A stretch of DNA of 64,000 nt from Candidatus Pacearchaeota archaeon (GTDB lineage Archaea > Nanobdellota > Nanobdellia > Pacearchaeales > GW2011-AR1), in contig JAGLWM010000005.1 of assembly GCA_023133415.1 (NCBI GenBank), positions 4,602 to 68,601 of the forward strand. The letters run 5' to 3'. Each line of letters starts with the position of its first letter. Within the stretch, counting starts at the first letter, position 1. This document shows positions 27,207 to 36,832 of this stretch, in pieces. The position numbers were made by a program, and so were the translations under genes. The notes beneath the pieces are model-generated. The model had not been told where the DNA came from. It did not search any database and saw only the letters and a program-made list of their open reading frames with translations.

Positions 27207-28628
27207 CTATATTTTTATCCATGAAGGTTCGATTAACAAATTATCCATTAAATTCAACTGCAAACTAAGCTTGGTTTCTGTTCCCACGCTATCAATAGGA
27301 GTTGTCAAAATATTCCCCTGTGCATTTGAAAGATCAATTAATCCCTCTCCTCCGATATCTGCTTGATACATAATAACAAGAATTATTTCGGAATCTTTTT
27401 CATTAATTAGTTCTGGCATTCCAGCAATCTCTCCTTCGATTAAAGGAATAAATTTGCCATCATCTCCTCTGAGATTTTCAATAATTTTAAGTACAATTTT
27501 CACAGCATTAGTAGCTTTTAGTTTTCCAAAAGCAATATAATTTGTTGCAAAAATTGGCGTCCATCCTTTAATTTTAATCTCCTCAATTGCCCTTCTAATA
27601 TCTTCCTCTAAACAATCCCCATTGCTAATTGAGATTATTTTTTGACCAATAAAGTTTCCCTTAGTTTTATTAAAACGATATGAAAATAAATCTTTTGACC
27701 CAACGACTCTGTCATCAAATGTGAAAGGCACAATTTTTTTAATTATATCGTTAGCTAAGTGGTTTTCATCAGCATCAACTTCTGTTGTATCATAACTTAA
27801 TTCTTCTGAAAACTGATTATTCTCTTTGATATAATCAATTGCATTCTTAAAAATATTAAGAGCATGATTATAATAAACAGGAATATCTTTTTTCTGTCTC
27901 TTAAGTTTTTCTTTCATTTTCTGAAAATCAGGAGAGCTAGCACTTAATATTGCTCTTTCAGGATGAGGCATCATCCCAAGAATTCTTCCACTATCATCAC
28001 AGATTCCTGCAATATCTTTCAAAGAACCATTTGGATTAAAAGGAAATTCTCCCTTAGATGACTCCCCATTTGGAAAAGTGTAAGTAAAAACAATTTGGTC
28101 GTTCTTTTCAAGTTCTTCTAATATATATTCACTTGCAAAAAATTTTCCTTCACCATGTGCTACAGGAATATATAATTTGTCAAGACCTTTTGTAAAAACA
28201 CATTTAGTATTATTGTTTTTAAGGTATACCCATCTACATTCATATTTTGTAGAATTATTAAAAGTTAATGCGGCCTGTCTTTTTCCATAATCTTTATTCA
28301 GCGAAGGTAATAATCCTAAATTAATTAAAACTTGAAAACCATTACAGATTCCGATAATAAGTTTACCTGAATTAATAAACTTCATTAATTCATCCCAAAG
28401 ATTCAATCTTATTTTGTTGGCCATTGCATTACCAGAGCCGGTATCATCACCATAAGAAAAACCACCAGGAAAAGCAAGAATTTGATAATCATTTAAGTTT
28501 TTTTCTTTATTTATTAAATCGTTTACATGAACAATTTCTGTGTTACCTCCTGCAAGATCGAATGCATGTTTTGTTTCTCTCTCGCAATTAATTCCATATC
28601 CTGATAACACCAGTATCCTCGGTTTCAT
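27207..28628 (-). CDS. purQ: FGAM synthase glutaminase subunit PurQ fused to degenerate, truncated PurM-like segments
   Basis: 'GGFSYGD', 'GICNGFQ', 'AHGEG', 'MPHPER'. The tail has 'SYDTTEVD', 'NYIAFGKL', 'GEIAGMPE', 'PIDSVGT'. Confidence 0.85.
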   Translation of the reverse strand: MKPRILVLSGYGINCERETKHAFDLAGGNTEIVHVNDLINKEKNLNDYQILAFPGGFSYGDDTGSGNAMANKIRLNLWDELMKFINSGKLIIGICNGFQVLINLGLLPSLNKDYGKRQAALTFNNSTKYECRWVYLKNNNTKCVFTKGLDKLYIPVAHGEGKFFASEYILEELEKNDQIVFTYTFPNGESSKGEFPFNPNGSLKDIAGICDDSGRILGMMPHPERAILSASSPDFQKMKEKLKRQKKDIPVYYNHALNIFKNAIDYIKENNQFSEELSYDTTEVDADENHLANDIIKKIVPFTFDDRVVGSKDLFSYRFNKTKGNFIGQKIISISNGDCLEEDIRRAIEEIKIKGWTPIFATNYIAFGKLKATNAVKIVLKIIENLRGDDGKFIPLIEGEIAGMPELINEKDSEIILVIMYQADIGGEGLIDLSNAQGNILTTPIDSVGTETKLSLQLNLMDNLLIEPSWIKI

Positions 28629-31597
28629 TATTTTTTAAACCTCCTCTTGTAGCCATCTGTCAAATCTTTTACATTTATTTTTATAATTTCATTACCTTCT
28701 AATCCAATTACACTAAATTCCTCTTCAACAATTTTACCGATTTTTGCAAAACTGACATTCTTAAAAATTTCTTCAAACTTTTCTTTATTTTCTGGAGCAA
28801 TTGTAACAATAATTCTTGATTGACTTTCACTGAACAAAATAAAATCATCTCTGTCAACATTTTCAGCCCGATTTAATCCTGTCAAATCAATTTTCGCGCC
28901 CAATTGTCCAGCAATACAAGTTTTTGCTAAAGCAACTCCTAGTCCTCCACTATTAACAGGAATACTACTTGCAATCACACCTTCATTAATAGCCTTATTA
29001 AACGCAGAATATATTTGATAAGCCATTGAAGCATTCACTTTTGGTACAGAATTTCCAACATATGGCTCACCTCTTTCATTTTCTCCAACAAGTTCAAAAT
29101 ACTCACTCGCACCAAGCTCATTTTTGGTTTCCCCAATTACATAAACTAAATCATCTGTAAACTTGGCATCAAGAGAGACAATCTTATTATAATCATCAAC
29201 AATTCCAATAGAAGAAACAAGCAAGGTAGGCAAAACAGAAATTTTCGTTGGATTGTCATTTTTATCATATCCCTTAAAATCATTAAACATACTATCTTTT
29301 CCAGAGATAAAGGGTGTCTTATAGGCTATAGAATAATCATAACATGCTTTAGCAGCCGCTTTCAGTTGGCCCAACCTTTCCGGGTCATTAGAACTACACC
29401 AGCAAAAATTATCAAGCAAAGCAAGTCTGTTTAGATCTCCTCCGGCAGCAATAACATTTCTAACCGCCGTATCAATTGCAGATGCAGCCATATCATATGT
29501 ATCTATTTGACTATATTTTGAATTAATACCTTGACTTATAATAATTGCTTTATTGGAATCATATAAGGGTTTTGTCGCTGTCGCATAGGCATTAACCTCT
29601 CCTATTCCTTGCAGTGGTTTTAAAATTGAACTCGCTTGAACCTCGTGGTCATATTGCCTTGATATAAATTCAAAACCTGCAATGTTATGTCTTGATAGCA
29701 TTTTTAATAAAATAGAATTCAAATTGAAAGGGAAACTAAAATTGGGTTCCTCATAAGTTTGTTTTGTATATGTTGAACTTAATGTTTTTTTAGGGGCTCC
29801 ATCATGCAAGAAATCCATATCTATATCAAGAATAACCTTCTCTTTATATTTAACAATAGCCCTGTTGCTATCATTAAATTTTCCAATGACGGTGGCCTCA
29901 ACGCTTCTCTTCTCCATTAGCTCAAGGAAAGCTTCGATTTTGTCCTTTGGCACTGATAAGGTCATTCTCTCTTGTGATTCGCTAATCCAAATCTCCCATG
30001 GCTGAATCCCAGGATATTTTACAGGATTCTTTTCCAAATCCACCACAAAGCCGCCGCATTCTCTCGCCATCTCTGCAACAGAACACGAAATCCCTCCCGC
30101 TCCGTTGTCCGTAATACTATTATATAAATTGAGATCACGAGCTCCTTTAACAATGGCATCACTTAATTTTTTTTGTGTTATTGGGTCTCCAATTTGAACT
30201 GCTGTTGCAGGACTTCCAGAATCCATTGCCTCTGAAGAAAAAGTAGCACCATGAATCCCATCTTTTCCAACTCTTCCTCCAACCACAACAATATAATCCC
30301 CGGGTTGTGCCTCTTTAGTATGACTTGGTTTTCCCTTAAGATCTCGTGGTATTAAACCAATTGTGCCAACAAATACCAGAGGTTTCCCACGATAACTATT
30401 ATCAAAATAAACAAATCCCTGAGGAGTTGGAATCCCCGAACAATTTCCTCCAACTTCTACCCCTTCTATTACACCATCCATAATTCTTTTTGGAGATAAT
30501 ATTTGATTTGTTTTGTTTTCTCCTCTAAATAATAGGCTTTTATCTTCAGGATATCCAAAGCAATAACCATATCTATTAATTATAGGCATAGCTCCCTGTC
30601 CAAATCCGATAGTATCTCTATTGACGCCCACAATGCCAGTAATGGCTCCCCCAAAGGGGTCGAGTGCAGAGGGGCTATTATGAGTCTCTACTTTATCTGT
30701 TACTAAATAATTTTCATCAAAAATTATTGCCCCTGAATTATCTTTAAACACGGATACGCAAAAATCTCTGTCTCCTCTTTCGGTTCTTATTTTATTGGTA
30801 GCATTTTGTATATATTCCTTGTAAATCCCTTTTTCAATTTCATCTATTTGATTAGCAAAAATAGTATGTTTACAGTGTTCAGACCATGTTTGTGCAATTG
30901 ATTCTAATTCAATATCAGTCGGCATTCTCTTCTCTTTTTTAAAATAATCTCTAATAATCTTCATAGAATCCAGATCAAGTGCCAAGGGGCCTCTTCTTGA
31001 GCCATCTTCATTCATAATTCCCTGCTTGCCAATTTTAATTAATTCTTCGTCATTTATATCTATATTTACAATATCTGATTTTGGTTCTTGGAGTAATTTA
31101 ATTCTAGGAATAATGTAATCCATGCCATTATCTTCCATATATTTTTGTTTATTTTTTACATGAACTCTTTGAATAACCTTATTCGAAAGATCTTCTGCTA
31201 TATTCTTTATATCTTCTTCCTTAAAATCGCCTTCGATAAATATCATTTGTGAAGTGAAAATAATAGTTTTATCAAATTTTATGCCGAACAAATCATGAAT
31301 ACTCTCTTGTGTTGTATGCGCGACATTGTCTGTAACTCCTGGAAGAAAACCAATTTCTATAATCCAATTTGTTTGCATATCGGTTGGAGAATTTATTTTA
31401 TATGTTTGTGTTATGGGATTCGCAAGCATCTTCGAAATCTTTTCTAGTTCGTTAGAAGAAAATTCGTAATCAAGTGTATAAACATAAGTCAATTTAATAT
31501 CTTTAATATTAGAGAACCCCATCTTTTCAATTCCAGTTTTAATGGCTGTTGCTTGAGCATCTGAAATTTTTGAACTAATTTCAATTCTGTGAGTCAT
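28628..31597 (-). CDS. purL: Phosphoribosylformylglycinamidine synthase PurL with PurS-like N-terminal extension
   Basis: 'WSEHCKH', 'ETHNSPS', 'ITDNGAGG', 'SESQER', 'ISGKDS', 'FSESQSR'. Confidence 0.93.
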   Translation of the reverse strand: MTHRIEISSKISDAQATAIKTGIEKMGFSNIKDIKLTYVYTLDYEFSSNELEKISKMLANPITQTYKINSPTDMQTNWIIEIGFLPGVTDNVAHTTQESIHDLFGIKFDKTIIFTSQMIFIEGDFKEEDIKNIAEDLSNKVIQRVHVKNKQKYMEDNGMDYIIPRIKLLQEPKSDIVNIDINDEELIKIGKQGIMNEDGSRRGPLALDLDSMKIIRDYFKKEKRMPTDIELESIAQTWSEHCKHTIFANQIDEIEKGIYKEYIQNATNKIRTERGDRDFCVSVFKDNSGAIIFDENYLVTDKVETHNSPSALDPFGGAITGIVGVNRDTIGFGQGAMPIINRYGYCFGYPEDKSLLFRGENKTNQILSPKRIMDGVIEGVEVGGNCSGIPTPQGFVYFDNSYRGKPLVFVGTIGLIPRDLKGKPSHTKEAQPGDYIVVVGGRVGKDGIHGATFSSEAMDSGSPATAVQIGDPITQKKLSDAIVKGARDLNLYNSITDNGAGGISCSVAEMARECGGFVVDLEKNPVKYPGIQPWEIWISESQERMTLSVPKDKIEAFLELMEKRSVEATVIGKFNDSNRAIVKYKEKVILDIDMDFLHDGAPKKTLSSTYTKQTYEEPNFSFPFNLNSILLKMLSRHNIAGFEFISRQYDHEVQASSILKPLQGIGEVNAYATATKPLYDSNKAIIISQGINSKYSQIDTYDMAASAIDTAVRNVIAAGGDLNRLALLDNFCWCSSNDPERLGQLKAAAKACYDYSIAYKTPFISGKDSMFNDFKGYDKNDNPTKISVLPTLLVSSIGIVDDYNKIVSLDAKFTDDLVYVIGETKNELGASEYFELVGENERGEPYVGNSVPKVNASMAYQIYSAFNKAINEGVIASSIPVNSGGLGVALAKTCIAGQLGAKIDLTGLNRAENVDRDDFILFSESQSRIIVTIAPENKEKFEEIFKNVSFAKIGKIVEEEFSVIGLEGNEIIKINVKDLTDGYKRRFKK

Positions 31598-31687
31598 GAG
31601 ATAAATTAGTACTTTTCATTTATAAGAATTTATATACCTAAAGACTATTTGAGAAGTTTTTATAAAGTGAGGTTGTGATTAATTGAT

Positions 31688-32344
31688 ATGGTGATACGTG
31701 CGATATTTTTTGATTTTGATGGAACGATTTCGGATGCTAGGAAGATTGCTGAGGATTCGTTGGTTTTGACTTTGGATGAGTTTGGTTTTGAGTACGATAA
31801 GAGGGTGGCTTTTGGTTTGTTGGGAATTAAGATGCGGTTTATTTTGGAGGGATTAGGGTTGAAGAATGAGGATATTAGGACGGTGCGGAAGAGGTTTTAT
31901 GAGCATTTTACACGGATGGCGAAGGAGGGCGGGATTAGTCCGTGTGTTTCGTTGAAGCCGCTTTGGGAGATGAAGAAGGATTTGCCGTTGATTGTTGTTT
32001 CAAATTCGGATGTTGGATTTTTGAAGGTGTCGATAAAGAGGTTGAAGCTTGAGGGGTTGTTTAGTGAGGTTTATGGAGCGGAGAAGGATTGTCAAAAGGA
32101 TGAGATTTTGAAGAAGTTGTTTGAGAAGATAGGGATTAAGGCGTCAGAGACTATTTATATTGGGGATAGATTTTCGGATGTTGATTTTGCACGAAAGGCT
32201 GGTTGTGTTTCTGTGGCGATTCATAATAAGTGTTCGTGGTCGAGCTTGGCTGATATTAAGAAGGAGAAGCCGGATTTTATTGTGAGAGATTTTTATGGGT
32301 TGAGAGCGGTCATTAATGGTATCAATGCTCAATCACTGTTGTGA
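31688..32344 (+). CDS. HAD-superfamily hydrolase
   Basis: 'FDFDGT', 'VSN', 'YIGDRFSD'. Confidence 0.9.
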   Translation: MVIRAIFFDFDGTISDARKIAEDSLVLTLDEFGFEYDKRVAFGLLGIKMRFILEGLGLKNEDIRTVRKRFYEHFTRMAKEGGISPCVSLKPLWEMKKDLPLIVVSNSDVGFLKVSIKRLKLEGLFSEVYGAEKDCQKDEILKKLFEKIGIKASETIYIGDRFSDVDFARKAGCVSVAIHNKCSWSSLADIKKEKPDFIVRDFYGLRAVINGINAQSLL

Positions 32345-32514
32345 TTGGAAAGGCTCACTTTGTGGAAAGGCTCAATTCTTTTTAAGAATTGGTGAGGCTC
32401 ATGCTTCGCATGGAGGCTTGGCGAGTGGTTGGAAGAATCGACGGAAAAGTTTACTTCGTGGAAAAGTTCAGCTTTGCTGGAGACTTGGCGAGTGTGAAAC
32501 CGTGTGTTTGTCTT

Positions 32515-33648
32515 TTAGTTTTCTTTGACGAATGCAAGAAGTATTGTTGCGATGATTGCCACTGCGAATATATAGGTGAACATTATTTGCGGTGAGATGT
32601 CCCAAAGGATTCCGGCGATTAAGCCTGCTGCTATGTTCACGAGTCCTGTTACAAAATAGTAGACTCCCATTGCTGTTGCTTTCATATCGCCTGCGAAATC
32701 TGAAACGAGTGCTTTTTGATTTGAGAGTGTGATTGCGCTTACGAGACCGTATGCTGCGAAGATTATTGTTATTGATTTTAGGTCTGAAGTATTGAAGACG
32801 AATGCAAGGCTGACAGCTGCAAAGAGAAGAAAGCCGGATAATAGGACTTTTTTTCTTCCTATTTTGTCGGAGAGTTTTCCGAAGAAGATCATGAAGGCTG
32901 CGGAGATTATATTGAAGAGAAGGTAACAGAGAAGGGGGATTACAAAGCTGCCTGTGATGTTTTTGATCATTAGTAGGATGAAGAGATATAGTCCGAAGTT
33001 TGCGAGTGTGAAGACGGATAGGGTTAAGATTATGTATTTTAGTTTTGGGTTGAGGCTGTTTAGAGATTTTAGGAAGTTGGTTTTTTTGGGTTTTAGTTTT
33101 TTGGTTTTTAGGAAAAAGAGCGGAACAAGAGAGAGTGTGGATATAGCTGCTGCTGTTAGTATGATTTTTGGGAAGGACCATTGGAATTTCCAGAAAAGAA
33201 GGAGGACGAATAGGGAACCTATGATTGCGCCTGATGTATCCATAGCTTGGTGGATTCCAAAGCTTCGGCCTCTTTTTTTTGCTGTGTCAATTAGGATTGC
33301 GTCTCGTGGGGCGTCGCGAATTTTTCCGAATCTTTCGAGGGAGATGAAGGTGATGATTTGGTGCCATGATGTTGCGAAAGCTAGGAATACTCTGAAGATG
33401 ACTGATGTGAAGTAACCTAGGAATATGAAATGTTTTCGTTTGCCCGTGATGTCGGAGAGGTAGCCGCCTAGAAGTTTGACTAGGCTTGAGAGTCCTTCCC
33501 TGAGGCCGGAGATTAGACCTAGTGCGAGACCTGCTCCTCCGAAGGCTGTTATCATAAAAGGAAGAAGAGGGGTTATCATTTCACTGCCGATGTCGTTTAC
33601 TAGACTAGAGCCACCTAATAGGTAAATATTTTTGTCACCCTTTTTCAT
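32515..33648 (-). CDS. MFS transporter
   Basis: About 12 TM segments; 'GYLSDITGKRK', 'GKLSDKIGRKK'. Confidence 0.92.
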   Translation of the reverse strand: MKKGDKNIYLLGGSSLVNDIGSEMITPLLPFMITAFGGAGLALGLISGLREGLSSLVKLLGGYLSDITGKRKHFIFLGYFTSVIFRVFLAFATSWHQIITFISLERFGKIRDAPRDAILIDTAKKRGRSFGIHQAMDTSGAIIGSLFVLLLFWKFQWSFPKIILTAAAISTLSLVPLFFLKTKKLKPKKTNFLKSLNSLNPKLKYIILTLSVFTLANFGLYLFILLMIKNITGSFVIPLLCYLLFNIISAAFMIFFGKLSDKIGRKKVLLSGFLLFAAVSLAFVFNTSDLKSITIIFAAYGLVSAITLSNQKALVSDFAGDMKATAMGVYYFVTGLVNIAAGLIAGILWDISPQIMFTYIFAVAIIATILLAFVKEN

Positions 33649-33679
33649 ATTTTAGTGAGGGGCTTTTGGTTTATAAATT

Positions 33680-34228
33680 TTATAGAAGATTTATTAGGTA
33701 GCCGAAAATAATTATTCCGATTGCTCTCGGGATTAATCCGTATATTATGAAATTTCTTGTTGAAAAGTTCATTGCTCCGAAGAGGACGGGAAGATAGGGA
33801 AATGGTGAGATTGCTGTGATTGGTATGATTATTTTTCCATATTTGTTTGTGATCAGTGTTAGTTTTTTTGTTGATTTTTTTGATGTTAAGATGTCTACGG
33901 CTTTGAACATATATCTCTTGCCTAAAGAAAATCCTATGATTGAGCCTAGTGTTGAACCTATGATGGTGGCTAAGATTGCCAGAGTTGTATTTATGTTCGT
34001 AAAAATTGCTGCTGCTAGGATCATTGCTGGGGAAAGCATTTGAGGGATGAGATCCAATAGAAAGGAGATAACGAAGATTCCGTATAGTCCGTAAGTTTGG
34101 ATTTGGGATGATGCTTGGTCGTTTACGATGTCTTGATTTATCAGGCTGTATGACAGTATTGCTAAGATTGTTAATATTATTATTGCGTTTACAAATTTTA
34201 TTATGTTTTTAGTTTGAGCTTTTTTCAT
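33680..34228 (-). CDS. DedA/VTT-family membrane protein
   Basis: 'GSTLGSIIGFSLGK', 'AISPFPY', 'F..YGLIPR'. Confidence 0.7.
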   Translation of the reverse strand: MKKAQTKNIIKFVNAIIILTILAILSYSLINQDIVNDQASSQIQTYGLYGIFVISFLLDLIPQMLSPAMILAAAIFTNINTTLAILATIIGSTLGSIIGFSLGKRYMFKAVDILTSKKSTKKLTLITNKYGKIIIPITAISPFPYLPVLFGAMNFSTRNFIIYGLIPRAIGIIIFGYLINLL

Positions 34229-34700
34229 TTAACTGGAGTGCAGATTTCAAAATATTTAGTTCGAGGTCTTGATTTTTTTTGAGGAATTTATTGAAAAGAG
34301 ATTGGATATTTTTGTCTTGTTTTCTTTTTGTTCCTTTGATGTTTTTTAGTTTGGCGTAAAGTTTTACTTCTTTGTCAGAGAGATAGAGCAGTGGGCAGTG
34401 GGCAGTAGGTAGTGGGTAGTGGAATTTTCCCCTGATGATATTTTTGAATATGTCTTCTGCTATCTGGGAGAGATTATCTGCGGAGATGTTTGGAGAGGTT
34501 GAATGTTTTAGTTGAAATTTTGTTTGGAGGATTTGTTTTAGGGTGGCTGTGTTTAGGTCGTTGCTTTTTTTGAGTGTGAAGAGCTTGTTTTTTGGGAGCA
34601 TCTGGAATCTTCGGATTGTTCGGAAGACTTTTCGTTCGAAGTAGTTTAGGAATTCATTTTTGTTTAGTTCGCGACCGTTTGTAAATTTCCAGACTTTCAT
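34209..34700 (-). CDS. Hypothetical protein resembling a degenerate TtuA/Ncs6-like tRNA thiolation fragment
   Basis: 'FLNYFERKVFRTIRRF', 'PLLYLSDKEVKLYAKL'; no PP-loop. It is next to the thiouridylase-like gene. Confidence 0.45.
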   Translation of the reverse strand: MKVWKFTNGRELNKNEFLNYFERKVFRTIRRFQMLPKNKLFTLKKSNDLNTATLKQILQTKFQLKHSTSPNISADNLSQIAEDIFKNIIRGKFHYPLPTAHCPLLYLSDKEVKLYAKLKNIKGTKRKQDKNIQSLFNKFLKKNQDLELNILKSALQLNEKSSN

Positions 34701-35632
34701 TTTAATTTAGGGGCTAAAGATTTTTTTTCGCTTAATTGATATATTGTGAATTTATTTCGTTTTTCTTCGTTGTCTCCGGTTGAGTAGGCTTCTTGGAGCT
34801 CCAAAGCTGTGTTTCCGCTTGGTCGCTGATGCATGTATACCGATGGTTTACCTATATCATCTGGAATATGGTTTTTGAATGTTGAGATGATTTCGGATTC
34901 TTTGGCGTTTCGTGCGACGACGAACCATGTGTCATTGATAAAAAAGTGTCTGCCGATTGTTGTTAGAGGTAAGGTTTTTTCTGTAATTAGATTTTTTTCG
35001 AGTAGGTGTTTTATTCTTGAAGCTGGAACTTTTTCGCAAAGAAGACAGCCACCTCCAGGAGAGGGGTATTTTATTTTGTATTTTTCTGCTAATTTCATTT
35101 GCTCTTTTCTTCCTCTTCCAGTGATTTTGAGAAGCTTGTTTCTGTCGACTAGTCCGGATTTTTCGAAGGAAGTTTCTTTTAGTTTTTTTGCGCAAAGTGG
35201 TCTTAGGATTTCGAAACCTAATTCCTCGTCGATTGTTTTTATTGCTGAAGGGACTTGGGACATTGGTCTTTGACCTATGACTTCGCCTGTTGCTATGATT
35301 TGGATTTTGTGTTTGTTGGCGTATTCTTTGGCTTTTTTTAACATAAATATTTTGCAGTCTTTACATGGATTGATTCCGGCTCCGGCTCCGTATTTTGGAG
35401 ATTTTAGGATCTTGAGATATTCTGAGAGGAGGGGTTCTTTGTGGACGTCGAGGATTTTTAAATTGATAGGTTCTCTTTGAATGAGGTTGAGGTTGCAGTT
35501 CATATTGCTGCATCCGCAGCCGAATGGGAGAGCGAAGTAGAGAGCGGTAATTTGGAAGTCTTGATCTTGGAGGAGGCGTATGACTAGGCGAGAATCGAGG
35601 CCGCCAGAATAAAGGACGAGTGCTTTTTTCAT
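34697..35632 (-). CDS. PP-loop tRNA thiouridylase-like (ThiI/MnmA-related) protein
   Basis: 'SGGLDS', 'PCKDCK', 'TGEVIGQRPMSQ', 'PSPGGGCLLC'. Confidence 0.78.
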   Translation of the reverse strand: MKKALVLYSGGLDSRLVIRLLQDQDFQITALYFALPFGCGCSNMNCNLNLIQREPINLKILDVHKEPLLSEYLKILKSPKYGAGAGINPCKDCKIFMLKKAKEYANKHKIQIIATGEVIGQRPMSQVPSAIKTIDEELGFEILRPLCAKKLKETSFEKSGLVDRNKLLKITGRGRKEQMKLAEKYKIKYPSPGGGCLLCEKVPASRIKHLLEKNLITEKTLPLTTIGRHFFINDTWFVVARNAKESEIISTFKNHIPDDIGKPSVYMHQRPSGNTALELQEAYSTGDNEEKRNKFTIYQLSEKKSLAPKLK

Positions 35633-35664
35633 AAAGATGTTCAGGGAAACTAATTTAAGAAGTT

Positions 35665-36141
35665 TTAGATTTCAGCAAATATGGTGACGTAGTTCTTGCC
35701 ATATTTTTTTGAACATTTTGGACATGTCGGGTGGTAAAAATACAAATTCTTGATTTCTTTGTTTTGAGTTTTGACATATTCTTTCATTTGCTCGACCCAT
35801 TGTTTCATATTTTTACGTGGACCTTCGAATACTTTTGTTAGAAATGTGCCGGAGACTTTTATGTCGAGCGCTCTTTTTATTGGTTTTTTTGCGCTGATGT
35901 AAACATTAGAATAAAATGGGGATTTTTCGTCAGAGAGCACTATTCTTTCTTTGTCGTAGGCTTTTGCTGCTTTTAGTCTTTTGATGTTTTGAGTTATGAC
36001 GCTGTTGAAATTTAGTGGAATGTGGAAAAATGAGAAGACTTTATCTTTGACGAAAAGTTTGTCTTTCCATGTTATTTTTTTGTTGTTCCATTTTTTGGGA
36101 TTAAATTTTGGACAACAAAAGTTCGTATCACCTTCTTTCAT
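35665..36141 (-). CDS. Conserved hypothetical protein, GyrI-like 'hydrolase' family
   Basis: 'CCPKFNPKKW', 'FFHIPL', 'FLTKVFEGP', 'YHPTCPKCSKKYGKNYV'. Confidence 0.7.
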   Translation of the reverse strand: MKEGDTNFCCPKFNPKKWNNKKITWKDKLFVKDKVFSFFHIPLNFNSVITQNIKRLKAAKAYDKERIVLSDEKSPFYSNVYISAKKPIKRALDIKVSGTFLTKVFEGPRKNMKQWVEQMKEYVKTQNKEIKNLYFYHPTCPKCSKKYGKNYVTIFAEI

Positions 36142-36204
36142 TGTTAGTTGAAGTTGAATTTCTATTTAAAGGTTTGGATGGTGGGGGTCATTCGGTGGTG
36201 GGTA

Positions 36205-36293
36205 GGAAGGTTCCGAGAGGTCAGATGTCAGAATTCAGGGGTCGGATGACTTGGTGGGTGGTTGGAAGGTTATGAGAGGTCAGATGACTTGGT
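36205..36293 (+). repeat. Short intergenic direct repeats
   Basis: 23-mers at 36205-36227 and 36264-36286 (21/23 identical); GATGACTTGGT twice. Confidence 0.6.
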
Positions 36294-36305
36294 TGGTGGT
36301 CGGGA

Positions 36306-36758
36306 TTAGTATCCACCATAGACTTCTAGTTCTTCAGAGTATCCATTATGGTCGAAATCGAAGTTGAAGATGAATAGGAATTCTATTGTTGGGCGGACAC
36401 CTAAGCCGGCTTCTTTGACAAGTTTGTGGAGGTGAGTTGTGAAGCAGAGGGGGCAGACGTGGACGGATTTTTGGCATACGACGCAGGGTTTTGATTTTGC
36501 TTCTATATGATTGTGGTATTTCATGAAGGGTTTTAGTTTTGCCTTGATTTGTTTCGCTTCGGGGAATTTTTTTATCCATTCTTCAAAGGCTTTTGCTATG
36601 CAGTTAGGGCAGAGTGGGTGAGTTATGTCGTTGCCGCAGGAAAGGCAATAGTTGTGGATTTCTTTTTCAAAATTATATGTCTGTTTAGCGACATTTCTTT
36701 TCTTTTTCATTTGAAATGTCGCGTGATTAATAGAACTTAACAATAGCAAATCCGGCAT
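36306..36758 (-). CDS. Cys-rich (zinc-binding) hypothetical protein
   Basis: Four CxxC motifs: CLSC, CPNC, CVVC, CPLC. Confidence 0.7.
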   Translation of the reverse strand: MPDLLLLSSINHATFQMKKKRNVAKQTYNFEKEIHNYCLSCGNDITHPLCPNCIAKAFEEWIKKFPEAKQIKAKLKPFMKYHNHIEAKSKPCVVCQKSVHVCPLCFTTHLHKLVKEAGLGVRPTIEFLFIFNFDFDHNGYSEELEVYGGY

Positions 36759-36832
36759 AGGATAAAAGGGTATTAGAATTCCAAGTACAGTTCATCCTTT
36801 TTGTTTGCATGAATAAAAGAGGAAGAAAGGGT

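Larger units (their letters stand above)
19450..31620. mobile_element. Probable composite genomic island (approximate boundaries)
   Basis: Loss of the host + strand G/T bias by eye. It contains a tyrosine integrase, a tRNA-Asp 3'-end core, a methyltransferase and non-core cargo. Confidence 0.5.

Noticed and set aside
32468-33181. Long shadow ORFs (32468..33181, 8489..9052, 9627..10283, 19062..19493 and most short antisense ORFs in the track)
   Set aside because: They overlap well-supported genes in other frames or strands, have no motifs, and are expected given the strong strand bias.
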